The position numbers and the translations under genes were made by a program. This document shows, piece after piece, positions 1-12,749 of a stretch of DNA of 64,000 nt. The first letter of the stretch is position 1, and the number at the start of each line of letters is the position of its first letter. This stretch comes from Octopus sinensis (Eukaryota): contig NC_043000.1 of NCBI RefSeq assembly GCF_006345805.1, positions 23,002,001 to 23,066,000 on the forward strand, read 5' to 3'. The notes below the pieces were generated by a model. It ran no database searches. It worked only from the letters and a program-made list of their open reading frames with translations, and was not told the DNA's origin.

Positions 1-1743
1 ATTAGGAAGATTAATTGCTAACAGAAAAAAAAAATCACTTAGAAGATACGGATTGAGTATTTCAAGATGGATCAAATACATTTTCAAAAAGAGAATTTTT
101 TTACGATTTTTGCAGGATCTAATTATTATTAGAGAACTAAAAATTAATGAAATTAAATAATATTTAAAAAAAAGTGGGGTGGAGTATGAATATGATTATA
201 ATATGGGATCATATCAGAATGCTTTGACTATAAACCTCCCCACAGCTATAGGCATATTGAGAAAGCTACTGAATCTGTCAAACATGATGTAATTGATTTC
301 GGTATCCAAGGAAATTATCAGTCTACAAGCATTTGCTCACAACTCATCCAAAGACTTGACTGTATTCCTTCAATAATCATTCACGACTTTGACCAGCCAA
401 GGTTCAAACTCAGACTAGTTACATTGAATTTTGAGCTCTACTGGCACACGTCCATGTTGATCAGTCTCTGATAAGGCTAGGCATTAAAATAGAAATTCCT
501 TATCAAACTCATCCTGGTTTACTTTCTGATATATGCCCAAGACTACGCAGTGAAGCTCCCTTGAATCATAATTCAGTTTTAGCTTATGTGATGATGAACA
601 GATATGGAAATTTGTCTTAGCTAATAACATGTAAAAAGGCAATGCAAGCTGGTCTGATGACAACACAAAGCAACAATGAGCTGTAATGAAACAGCCATGG
701 AAAACTAACGAAGTCATCTATGAATCATAATAGTATTAAATTCAGGTACAAACTACTGTTTTAAAATGCCTGCAGTTTATGAAATAAGGCTCATCTTAGC
801 ATGTAAACCGGCAATATCCGGCCAAAATATTCTACCTGTTTTATGTTCAGAGTGGCCAGATCTGGTCTCTCACACCAACCCTACAATATCGTTTTAAAAT
901 TTAACAGCTACCTCATCAAATAATGCATGATTAGTTCAAGACAAAGTGGATAAAAAAGCATTCATTTTGGCAGAATAATGCGAACACTAAAGGGTTAAAA
1001 GTAGTGATCCCAATTTCATTACAGTCATAGAAATCTGGTCACATCTTTTACAATAGTGTTTTTAGCATGGCTGATAACAACTTGTTTCGCAACAGCAACT
1101 TTAACGCCATACTTTAGCCAGCCACATTATCAATGTTTGTAACAAAACCCTCTTCCAATTTGTTTTTACACTCATCAATATTTTTATTATTTTTGGCATT
1201 AACTGATTGGCTCTGAAAGTGGGAACGATTACATGAAATGCTGAAGCAAAAAATTTTAGCGAGTCGGGTTTTCTAAAATCAATCATTAAACAATAACTGA
1301 TATCAAAAATACCAGAAAATTTCCAAATTTGAATTAATTTATAAACAATATCACAATTGGATTTTTTTTTTAAATAGTATTTTCCTACTTTGGACACGTA
1401 GGCATGATGATAGGTGCCGGCATGGTTGTGCAGTAAGAAGTTTGCTTCCCAACCATATGGTTCTGGGTTCAGTCCCACTGCTTGGAACATTGGGAAAGTG
1501 ACTTCTATAACCTGAGGCTATAGTAGATCTGTGAGTAGATTTGGTACATGGAAACTGAAAGAAGCCCATCATGAATATGTGTATGTGTGTGTTGGTGTCT
1601 GTCCCCACCACCACACTGTTTGATAACTGATGTTAGTTTGTTTACATCATAACTTAGCAGTTCAGCAAAAGAGACTGATAGAATAAATACCAGGCTTAAA
1701 AAAAAAGTACCGGTGTTGATTCATTCAACAAAAAGTTCTTTAA

Positions 1744-1964
1744 TCCTTTCGTTACTGTATTTATCTTGAGAAGCTCTCTGTTTCTTTCAGTTACTTTAAA
1801 TATAACAAAGAATTTAGTAAAATAACTTTGTTATCATTAAGCTAGTGTTAGGAATATAAATTGTGACTAAGGTTTGGTGGAAGATTTTAATTCAGAACTT
1901 ATGAAAACAAGACACTTGTACTACAGAGCCAGAGCCGGTTTCAGTCAGGTTGGTAATGAAAGGG
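1744..1964. mobile_element. piggyBac-type MITE inserted in a SINE
   Basis: TTAA on both sides (1740-1743 and 1965-1968) and TIR (C/T)CCTTTCGTTAC...GTAATGAAAGGG. The SINE resumes after it. A partial copy lies at 44766-44830. Confidence 0.8.
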
Positions 1965-2045
1965 TTAAGGTGGTGCCCCAGCATGACTGCAGGCCAATGG
2001 AACAAGGGAAAGATGAAAAAAAGATGAAATGAAATTTTTGTTTAC

Positions 2046-2152
2046 CTTCAAACCTATAGATTGGTGTGCTGCTAACGTGACAGCAATTGATGAATCTAAA
2101 GCTGTTGCTTCTGCAAGTCTTGCATATTTGGTAGCATTTAATCCAAGTCCAC
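2046..2152 (-). CDS. ACAD9: ACAD9-like coding exon 4 ([36 protein letters not shown]); the gene continues beyond the window start
   Basis: CAG acceptor at 2154-2153 and GTAAA donor at 2045. 107 nt. [12 protein letters not shown] is a VLCAD/ACAD9-type motif. Confidence 0.92.
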
Positions 2153-3530
2153 CTGAAACGAATGAAAATAATTTATTAGTTCTTCTTGCTTAAGCTACCA
2201 AACTAGTATATTTACGGTCCTATACTGAACTGGAGAAATGACATTCTTGAGAATATAGTTCAGAATGGCGTAGGCATAGGAGTGGCTGTGTGGTAAGTAG
2301 CTTGCTTATCAACCACATGGTTCCGGGTTCAGTCCCACTGCGTGGCACCTTGGGCAAGTATCTTCTACTCTAGCCTCAAGGCAGCCGAGTGACTTTAAAT
2401 ACTAACAATAATAAACATATCCTTATCATTGTACATCCATTCTTCTCCATGCTTGTATGGGTTGGATAGATCTTTTTCAGTACTGTCTCACCACTTGTGG
2501 TTATTTGTCATCTTCCTCATGACATCAATCTTCACCATTTATTCCTGTCTTTCTTTTCCATGGATTCCTTCAGTTCGGTTGTCAAGCATTTCTTTACACA
2601 ATTGTCATCCACCATACAAATCACAAGTCTGTACCAATTCAATTGTCTCTCGTGCACTGATGCAATTACATTATACACCCAGTGGAGCTAATTAGTATAA
2701 TTTCTTTCCAACTTTCACACAACCTCTATGTTCAATGTTCATGTTTGCTGCTATGCAGCATCACACATTGAATACAAGTTTTATACACTCGGCCCTTCAT
2801 TCAGAGAGATAACATCTTTGTTGTTGTCAGTAGAGATAATAGCTCTCTTAACCATCTCCACCCATTCATTCTCTGGCCGTAATGTCCATGGAGCACCAAA
2901 CTTCACTGCTAATTAGGACATCTAGGAAATAGAAACTGTCAACAACTTCTATGGAACTTTCCAAGTTGGCAAAATTTATTTTATTCTCTTAGTTAATTTC
3001 TCCTGCACATCTACTTTAGATGAATTCCTGTTTGGGCATCCTTAGTTTATATTTAGTACAATGTATGGAGTTCTTATCGAACAATTTTCTGCATATCATG
3101 CCTGCACAATCACTACCCTAATGGTTGTAGAATTTCATCTACCTTACTTGCTCCCTAAAACCTTGTCTTTGCTAAGTTTACTATAAGATCGCTTGAGTCT
3201 AGATTTACCTTCTACATTTGGAAATACTTGACTAAATTTTCAACAGACCCAGGTAGGAAAACTGAGCCATCAGCACACACAGGAGATTCCAACAGTTAGT
3301 CTTAAATTTCTCTGTTATGACTTGGAGAATTGTAATAAACAAGAGGAGGCTAAAAACCAAGAATTTACCTGCATGCTAAATTCCTACCTGAACTCACAGC
3401 ATCTCAATACATAACTTGCATGACTCTATCAGACCACAGAACATGGTACTCTGTCAAAGAGTTTCATCAAATGAAGAAAATATCAAACAAACTTTTCTAA
3501 ATTTTAAAAAATTTCAGTAATCATATTTAC

Positions 3531-3632
3531 CATATTTTGTAGGTACTTGTTGGCCAAAAAGTCCCATTTCTGCTATCATTTTCAATGTGTCTTCAGGAAT
3601 GTGTGCATCACTGTCAATCTTCTGAGAATCAA
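3531..3632 (-). CDS. ACAD9: ACAD9-like coding exon 3 (VDSQKIDSDAHIPEDTLKMIAEMGLFGQQVPTKYG)
   Basis: TAG acceptor at 3634-3633 and GT donor at 3530. 102 nt, phase 1-1. GLFGxQVPxxYGG is an ACAD motif. Confidence 0.92.
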
Positions 3633-4812
3633 CTAAAATACATATTAAATTACCGTTAATAATTAACAACAAATAGTTTTGAAAAGTTATTTTTATAAAA
3701 ATTGACTTGAAATCCTCCAAATAAACTTACAATAAAAAAAAAGCCAATGATTCTAAATTAGTAACAAACACAAAACCTGTCACCCATATGATAGTCTTAT
3801 CTATTTGGTTATTTCGCCTTTACTTTTATAAGTCAATAGCATGTTCTACTGTGTTAGCAGTGCTTTTACATCACTCATTAAGGTTATCTCTGCAGATTTT
3901 CTATAGAAAATATAGCCAGCACTGACTTTTGTTATGACTTTTTGTATCCGAGATGCCAGATGTCAACAAACAATGAGATCATTCAAACTTCCAAGAATAT
4001 GTTCAATTAGTATATCCAATAATGTTAAACTGCTATATTTAAACAATGAGTTTGTGTATGATTGAACTAAATAACATAAAATTGCTTTGCCCACCACTCC
4101 ACTAAATTTTACTAATTTGATGCAAGAATACAGTATTTTCTTTATATTGAACATCATATTTTGTTGCTTTCATTGTGGTCGATGCCAATGCAGCGTGAAT
4201 GGCGCCATGCCGGTAGCACATTAAAAACACCATTCAAGCGTGATCATTGCCAGTGGCACGTAAGAAGCACCATTCAAGTGTGGTCAATGCCAGTACTGCC
4301 TGACTGGCTCCATGCCGGTGGCACGTAAAAAGCACCATTTGAGTGTGGTCAATGCCAGTACTGCATAACTGGCTCCATGCCGGTGGCACATAAAAAGCAC
4401 CATTCAAGTGTGGTTAATGCCAGTACCATGTGACTGCCCTCATGCCGGTGAGCACATAAAATGCACTCACTACACTCTCAGAGTAGTTGGTGTTAGGAAG
4501 GGCATCCAGCTGTAGAAACTTTGCCCAATCAGATTGGAACCTGGTGCAGCCTTCTGGCTTGCCAGCCCTCAGTCAAACCGTCCAACCCATGCCAGCATGA
4601 AAAGCAGACGTTAAACGATGATGATGATTGTGTTACTTTTACATTTCATTATTTCTGCTTTGTTGATTTCAAATTTAGTCATTCATCAAACTACATTTTC
4701 AAATGATAACAATGTTGCTCTCCCCACAAATACACACTAACACAGCTGCTGGCCACAGAATTTGTAAAATAATGTACATAATTTCTGAATATACTAATAA
4801 GGTGGAATTTAC

Positions 4813-4906
4813 CTTCTTCCAAAAAGAAACGCTCCACTTGTTCATGCATTTGGTTAAGTTCATCAAGTTCTTCATTGTTTGATATTTCAGGGTAAATAAG
4901 ATTTGA
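4813..4906 (-). CDS. ACAD9: ACAD9-like coding exon 2 (SNLIYPEISNNEELDELNQMHEQVERFFLEE)
   Basis: Polypyrimidine tract plus AG acceptor at 4908-4907 and GTAAAT donor at 4812. 94 nt, in frame with exons 1 and 3. Homologous to ACAD9 FPFPEV...VEKFFTEE. Confidence 0.9.
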
Positions 4907-5944
4907 CTAGAATAAAAAAAAAAGAAAAATATAAATATAATACAAGATTACATTGAAAAACAAAGTACATCATTAGTTGGGTTTTCTTATGCCATAAAAA
5001 TAACACCAGACCACTAGAGAAGCTGCAAGCATCATTTAACGTCCGTTTTCCGTGCTAGCATAGGTTGGACGGTTCAAACGGGGTTTGGGAAGCCAGGAGG
5101 CTACACCAGGCTCCAGTCTGATCTGGTAGTGTTTCTACAGTTGGATGCTTCCTAACGCCAACCACTCCATGAGTGTAGTGGGTGTTTTTTACATGCCACC
5201 GATACAGGTGCCAAGGGAGGCTGGCAGCGATCATGATCGGTTGGTGCTTTTTACGTGCCACCGGCACAGGTATCACAACTACAATTTCCATTTGATATTT
5301 ATTTTGATGTTGATGTACTTGACTTGTGCTGAGTAATTATGTAAATTTGTATAGAGGGTTTTTTTTTCAAATATAAAACTATATCAAGGTTTATCATCCC
5401 GCACTGAGGAAATAACAAAGGACCAGGAAATGTGGTGATTTGCTGTACTTAATAAGACACCTCAAAGTAAGTAAAATTGTTGTCTTCCACATGTACAGGG
5501 TTGTCCTTTCAGGTGTCAGTGCCACTTAAAAAGCACCCATGGTCAATACTAGCGTCACGTAACAGGCATCTATGCCAGTGGCACATAAAAAGCACCATTC
5601 GAGCACTTGGCCTGACAGAGGCAATGTGACCAATGCTGGTGTCATATAACTGGCACCTGTGCTGGTGGCACGTAAAAGTACCCATTACACTCTCAGAGTG
5701 GTGGGCATTAGGAAGGTCATCCAGCTGTAGAAACCATGTATTAATGTACCTATGACAATGCTGCATAAATGCATCCATGCTGGTTGCATATAAAAAATAC
5801 TCAGCATGCTCTGTTAAGTGGTTGGCATTAGCAAGGGCATCCAACTATAGAAACCATGTCACAGCAGACAGTTGGAGTGTGGCCAGCTCCCTGCTAGCCA
5901 GCTCCATATCAAACCGTCCAACCCATGCCAGCATGGAAAGTGGA

Positions 5945-6074
5945 CCGCAGGAGTGGCTGTGTGGTAAGTAGATTGCTTACCAATCACATGGTTCCGGGTT
6001 CAGTTCCACTGCGTGACACCTTGTGCAAGTGTCTTCTACTATAGCCTTGGTAGACAGAAACTGAAAGAAGACCG

Positions 6075-6120
<46 letters not shown>

Positions 6121-6335
6121 GTGTGTATATGTTTGTGTGTCTGTGTTTGTCCCCCCAACATCGCTTGACAACCGACGCTGTTGTGTTTATGTCCCCATAA
6201 TTTAGCGGTTTGGCAGAAATGACCGATAGAATAAGTACCAGGCTTACAAAGAATAAGTCCTGGGATCAATTTTCTCAACTAAAGGCAGTGCTCCAGTATG
6301 GCTGCAGTCAAATGACTGAAACAAGTAGAAAAAAA
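5945..6335 (+). mobile_element. SINE family A (tRNA-like head, internal (TA)n/(TG)n, tail ...GAAACAAGTAAAAGAG), representative copy
   Basis: Other copies: 1414-1990(+), 2270-2370(+), 6630-7015(-), 11650-12080(-), 34130-34320(-), 34545-34925(-), 40478-40860(-), 41605-41940(-), 44165-44585(-), 45445-45815(+), 47885-48285(+), 49330-49640(-), 49783-50175(-), 51420-51630(-), 52960-53370(+), 57707-58085(+), 59790-60065(-), 60905-61055(+). Confidence 0.9.
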
Positions 6336-9039
6336 AAAATTAAATGATGATGATACCCAATCTTTCTGCTGTTCTTGCAGCTATACTGCATTCAAAATAT
6401 TACTTTTTTGTCTGTAAAATACTAAAGAATATATAAAAATAAGAAAGAGTATTCATTGAGACCAATTTTCCAGGGTCTGTATGGTCCTTGAGGGTGCATA
6501 TAAGATTTTGTTGTTAAAATTTGTGAGCAATAAATTGGTTATACTTCTACAATACACAAAATATTTTAATTATTTTTATATAATTCTAAATAATATTTAA
6601 TGATAAAAATATTCTTTTTCTTTTTATTCTTTTAACTTGTTTCAGTCATTTGACTGTGGCCATGCTGGAGCACCGCCTTTAGTCATGCAAATTGACTCCA
6701 GGACTTATTCTTTGCAAGCCTAGTACTTATACTCCTTTGTTGAACTGCTAAGTTTCAGGGATGTAAACACACCAGCATCAGTTGTCAAGCAATGGTGGGG
6801 AGGGGACACAAACACAGACACACAAACAAATACACATACAAACATATTTATATTTGATGGGCTTCTTTCAGTTTCTGTCTACCAAATCCACTCACATGAT
6901 TTTGTGTCGACCGAGGCTATAATAGAAAACACTTGCCCAAGGTGCCATGCAATGGGACTGAACCTGAAACCATGTGGTTGGTAAGCAAGCTACTTACCAC
7001 ACAACCACTCCTTGACCTATAAGATATCTTAAATATGGAATGGCCATGAGGAGCCATGTGAGTGAGTAAACTAGGAATCAAATGGGTTCATAGGCAAAGA
7101 ATGGTTGGGAACCACTGCTCTAGACAAATGAACACAATTTCAAAACATTCTCTGAAAATCTGTGATGGATAATTATCTTGAAGGAATGCAGCAGCTTAAT
7201 CTACAGAAGAAGATAAAAAAGCACACATTTTTTTTTCCGCGTCTTGGACCAAGACACAAGGTTGAAAATGAATGAAAAATACATTTTTAACATAGATATG
7301 AATAAAAATGGCACTCGTGCCGATGGCACATAAAAAGCACCATTTGATCGTTGGGCCTCACAAAGGCAATGTAGCTGATACTGGTTTCATGTAACAGGCA
7401 TCAGTTCCAGTGGCACATAAAAAACACCATTCGAGTGCTGGGCCCCATGGAGGCAATGTGACCAATGCTGGTGTCATATAACTGGAACCCGTGCTGGTGG
7501 CACATAAAAGCACCCATTACACTCTTGGAGTGGTTGGCATTAGGAAGGGCAACCAGCCGTAGAAACCATGCCAAATAAGACTGAAGTCTGGTGCTGCTCC
7601 TCAGCTTACCAGCCCTAGTCAAACCATCCAACCCATGCCAGTATGGACAACAGACATTAAATGATGATGATTATGGAGTTGTAGCTGTGATTTGAAACCT
7701 CAACCACAAGCAAGCCACCATAGTTTCACCTGATTGAATCAACCAATCAGTGTGTTGGCATAGCACGGTTTTTGGCTTCTGGACCCCTCTAAAAAAATCA
7801 TTTGGCACACAGCTTAGAGCACAGATGTCCAGGTGCAGACAGCCAAAGATCTCTGCTGCACAGTAGACTTCAAATATTTGGGAGTCAACTACATGTTGTC
7901 ACATAGTTTTTAATAATTCAGAGCGGTCTGTCTCTCTCTCCAAGTCAGTGAACATTTATGCAGGTCATTGTAAATAGCTAACACCTGATATTTTTATGTC
8001 ACACTGAACAAAATATGTTTTCATACACCATTTCCTCATTATAGCAACAAAAGCCACCATTGTGATAAAGTTGTGACTCAGCCTAAAATCAAGAAAACTA
8101 TAAGAAACATTATCAATACTATAAGTGGGTGAAAGACAGACTTGTTTTCTGAACTCTTTATAACAAATGACTTAGTGCATTTTTTTCACTATGAGGAATT
8201 GAGTTATGTTAGAGTTTCCTTCAAGGCCAGCCATAACCAAACAGGCATGATTAAAAGGCATTCAAGCCATAAACATCCATCCTTCTCTTAAGAAGGTAAG
8301 GAACAAAATATCAGTACAACTACCACCACCTAGCAAACTCAGGCTTAATCTCACATTTTCCGCTAATAGACTTGGCAACAAAATAATCTATGTAGTGTTA
8401 TACTTGGTTTTATCTATATAATCTATATCTCCATCTTAGTTTATTAATACAAATGCTTTGACATTTAAACATGGCTTGTCAAAACAGTTTACAAGTTTCT
8501 CTTATCAAATCAAAGAGCTTTTGCTCCTTTGAAGAATATGAATAATGTTGCTATTATTAACTTGACATCTCTAAGTCCTTTATCAAAGGTCTCTATTTTA
8601 TCTCCCATTTCCCACAAAGTCCTACTATTAATGTTATCAATGTCCTACATTGAGTCACCTTTTTAATCACATTCATTGTGCCCATATTCATAAACAAGCC
8701 ATTATCATCATTTTCGTTTTAACATCCATGTTCACAAGTGTCATATGAAATTCATTGAGTTGGATTTTCTAGTCAGATGCTCTTCCTGTTGACAATCCTC
8801 ACCACTTTTCCAAGTAATGTTTCCCCTAGTATTTTGAACAAGAATAGCACAATGGCCAGACATGCTTACACTCAAGATTACAAATAAAGAACACCACTTG
8901 AATGATAGTGATGAGTTTAAAATTAGTCTGTGATGTCAAGGGGAGACACACACACACATAAGTATATAGCAAAACAGGAGATTGGGAACATTTTTTGGTA
9001 TTATTTATTCACCATTACACATGCTTCATGTAGGTAGTG

Positions 9040-9600
9040 GGTAGCGATTTTCTTCACTGCTTCAGGGAGTGACGACCCTGCCTGACACGAGTCTCGGGCT
9101 CAGCTGACAGTACCCGGTATGAGCCCCTATCCAGGATTACAGAAAGGAGACAACCTTCAAAGAAATCCGGAGTGGAGCCCCGTAGGCGGTTTAGTGTTTG
9201 ACTCAACACTCTTCCAGCAGCTCCTGCAACCAAGCTGGTGCTAAATGTAATGCTCTGCACTCCTTTGGATTATATCAACAAGGTCGAGAGAGGAATCCTG
9301 ATGATTGGGCTACCCAGGATTTTCTTACATCCAGCCCAGGCCTGCACAAGACTGGAGAGGACATGAAATATAAAAAACCAGACTGGATTAGTTTAAGTGC
9401 AACTCCATTGTCTCCTGAGACAAAAGGATGCCAACAATAGGTTTCATTTGCTAATCGGAGTTACAAAATTGTACGTGCAGGAGAAACATAAGATATCTCC
9501 AATTAGAAATTCTTCAAAGAGAGAATCAAATAACACTTTGAAGTACTGGAATAAGCAGATGCATTTCAAGAGGTCACAGCTTGAATTATAGCCATATCTG
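9040..9600 (+). mobile_element. Probable RTE LINE 5' UTR and degenerate start of the APE domain
   Basis: GC-richer leader followed by a decayed (T)WNV.TL...GI.EM-like region at about 9440-9580. Recognised by resemblance only. Confidence 0.4.
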
Positions 9601-10629
9601 CATTGTATATGTATATCATCACCATCATTTAAAGTCTGCTTTCCATGCTGGCATGGGTTGGACAGTTTGACATGAGCTGGCTAGGCAGAAGACTATCTAT
9701 CTTGACATAGGGAGCGCACCCAGCTGTAAAAACTAACATCACCTAACCCAAAGAGTGGACTGAGTGCACAGGCAAGGTTAGTTTTGGTATGGTTTTTACA
9801 GCTGGATACCCTTCCAAATGCTGACCACTTTACAGTGTGGACTGGATGCTTTTTATGTGGCACCAGTATTGGCAGGGTCACCAAGTAATTAGCAAAACAA
9901 AGATCCTTTCAGAGAGGAGAGGACATTGGATGAGGTGATCTTGTGTCAGATGAAGAAAGGTTAGAGTGTGAAGAGAGACAGAAACAGGTGTCTTGCTGTA
10001 GAGGAGATACATGGTTATCTGGTCACAGAGAGAGAGTGCAAGAATACAAGAGAAAGCAGGAGAGGGATGGTGGCAAAGTGCCAAAGCATGGAACAGGGAT
10101 CAGAATATAAATGGGATGGTAGAGTAGAGCAAGGGAGAGATGGATGGTGGCAAAGTGCCAGGGCATACCCTCAAGGTACAGGGGTCAAAATATAAATGAT
10201 AGGGTATTGCATCAAAGCGACGAAAATATTTTGACAAATTAAATTTAAATGTTGAAGTGAATCTAATGGTTTTTGTGTGTTTCTAAATGGCTTATAAACA
10301 CCTTCCACGCTGCAATTGATTTCATTCCAGCACTCGATCTCAGATCAGGTCACTTGCTATGCAAGTACATCTCCGTAAATGTAGAGAGAGTTTCTCATTT
10401 TTCAATGAAGATGGAGCAATGTAATTCTCTTCAACATCATAAAGACTGATTTGCTGAACATATCAAGCATCTTTCTATTTGAGAATACACAACTAAAGCA
10501 CTCAATAACAAAAATTTAAATTGTTATGTGCAACAGAAACAGTATTAGTTTAAAATACCAATTTATATATAATATTTAATGCAGATACATCACAGAAAGT
10601 CAAATTAACTGTGGTATTCATCTTGAGAT

Positions 10630-10965
10630 CATCATCATCATCGGTTAACGTCCGTTTTCCATGCTAGCATGGGTTGGACGGTTCGACCACGGTCTGGGAA
10701 GCCAGGAGGCTGCACCAGGCTCCAGTCTGATCTGGCAGTGTTTCTACAGCTGGATGCCCTTCCTAACGCCAACCACTCCATGGGTGTAGTAGGTGCTTTT
10801 TACGTGCCACTGGCATAGGTGCCAGGGGAGGCTGGCAACGGCCACGATCGATTGGTGCTTTTTATGTACCACCGGCACGGAAGCCAGTCAAGGTGGCACT
10901 GGCATCGACCATGTACGGATGGTGCTTTTTACGTGCCACCGGCGCAGGTGCCAGGGGAGGCTGTG
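10630..10965 (-). repeat. Dispersed repeat family C (modular 5' units, (GAT)n tail), representative copy
   Basis: Other copies: 4180-4630, 5030-5290, 5510-5945, 7310-7670, 9620-9900, 42770-43205, 45315-45415, 48790-49100, 50385-50585, 57000-57140, 59065-59400. Confidence 0.85.
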
Positions 10966-11863
10966 CAGTTTTAAACAGCAACATTGTATATCTATAAGAG
11001 ATATTATTTCTATACTACAGTTAGTTTGGCTTTCTGTGATGTTTCTGCATTAAGTATGATACACATATTGCTATATTAAAAATGAAATAAAAAATCTCTG
11101 CAAATGCTAAACTTGATAATCTCTAGTGATCTCTCACAGCAACCTTACAGCTGCATCTCAGAAACTAGGGTTGTTCCTCAGAGACAAGAAATACTTTACT
11201 CCAGATCAATATTCAGTTGTTGGCCTTCTTACAAAGTTAAACCATGATCCATTTTAGTGTATGGCTTACATAATTAGGACATAGCTGCTGTTATATAAAA
11301 CATCCTAAAGACGGCTATTTGACAGATTAACAGAGATTTACTAAGCAACAAGATTCATTCACTTGTTCACAGACATTTTTTCTAATCCTCCCATAGTTAC
11401 AAAAACTTGTATAGGCCTATTCCATTTGCCTACTTCTGCCCCACCCTCTATCTCTCTCTCTCTCTCACACACACACACATTATGTCTTGTAAAGGGCATG
11501 AGTGAATCAATGCAAGAAAATCTAAGTTTTAATTCTTTCGAATTCTCTCCATGTTCACATTTTTATTGCATATGCCAACCAACAAAAGTTCAAACTACCC
11601 ATTAATTACAATTATTTTGGAGGGCATTACCCCCAACTATTCTCTTACTCCTTTTACTCTTTTACTTGTTTCAGTCATTTGACTGTGGCTATGCTGGAGC
11701 ACCGCCTTTAGTCGAGCAAATCGACACCAGAACTTATTCTTTGTAAGCCTAGTACTTATTCTATCGCTCTCTATTGCCGAACCGCTAGGTTACATGAATG
11801 TAAACACACCAGCATCGGTTGTCAAGCGATGTTGGGGGGATAAACACAGACACACAAACATAT

Positions 11864-11906
<43 letters not shown>

Positions 11907-12330
11907 TATATACGACGGGCTTCTTTTAGTTTCCGTCTGCCAAATCCACTCACAAGGCTTTGGTCGGCCCAAGGCTATATAGTAGAAGATACTTGCCTAA
12001 GGTGCCACGCAGTGGGACTGAACCTGGAACCATGTGGTTGGTAAGCAAGCTACTTACCACACAGCCACTCCTACGCCTATTCTGATAAATAATAAAAACA
12101 AAAACAAAATCATTTGCATCCAAATTCTGATTCTTAATTGTAATTGTTTCATTGACCAACTTCCTTAATAACTCTGAGGCATAATAATCAATCTCGATTA
12201 ACGTCTATAAATTTGGAGATTTCTGCCTCTTTATCAATGACATGCTTGAAACAATAACTGAATGGATTTCTTTAAAAGTTATTTTACGTTCGCAAATCAG
12301 CCTGATTTAAAAAAATCTATGATCGAAGGC

Positions 12331-12749
12331 GGCAATCTTTCGTCTCTAGTAGACCTTTCCGTCAATTTCCGTAAAATTTTTTTTTTTTACATATGGGCTT
12401 GCGGGAACTTTTGAAGTAATGAGAGCGAAAGAGACTAAGAGTAAGCCATTTTATGACGAGGGAAGTTCTTTTGAAGTTACCGTGCATGGCAAGCATTGAT
12501 GTACATGTGTGTGTGTGTGTTTGATGGGGTGTGGGAGACAGACAGTATGTTGTGTAAGTGAAGTGCTTCTCTTAGTGTGTGTGAAGAGACAGAGTAATGT
12601 GTGAAAGAAAGAGATAACTGAAATTTTTTACTCGGTGTATGTGTATATGTATGTATATTACTTCAAAAGTTCCCGCAAGCCCATATGTAAAAAACAAAAA
12701 TTTTTTTACGGAAATCGACGGAAAGGTCTACTAGAGACGAAAGATCGCC
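12331..12749. mobile_element. Merlin-type MITE
   Basis: About 90-bp TIRs starting GGCAATC/GGCGATC (GGNRM) and a perfect 8-bp TSD TCGAAGGC (12323-12330 and 12750-12757). Confidence 0.8.

Noticed and set aside
1-2045. ACAD9 exon 5 (expected GIxLxG...KYLPxLAxGE) and ORF 484-717
   Set aside because: No matching peptide with splice sites was found; the exon probably lies beyond the window start.
4180-4460. CRISPR-like spaced repeats
   Set aside because: The units are degenerate modules of dispersed repeat family C, the spacers are not unique, there are no cas genes, and the context is eukaryotic.
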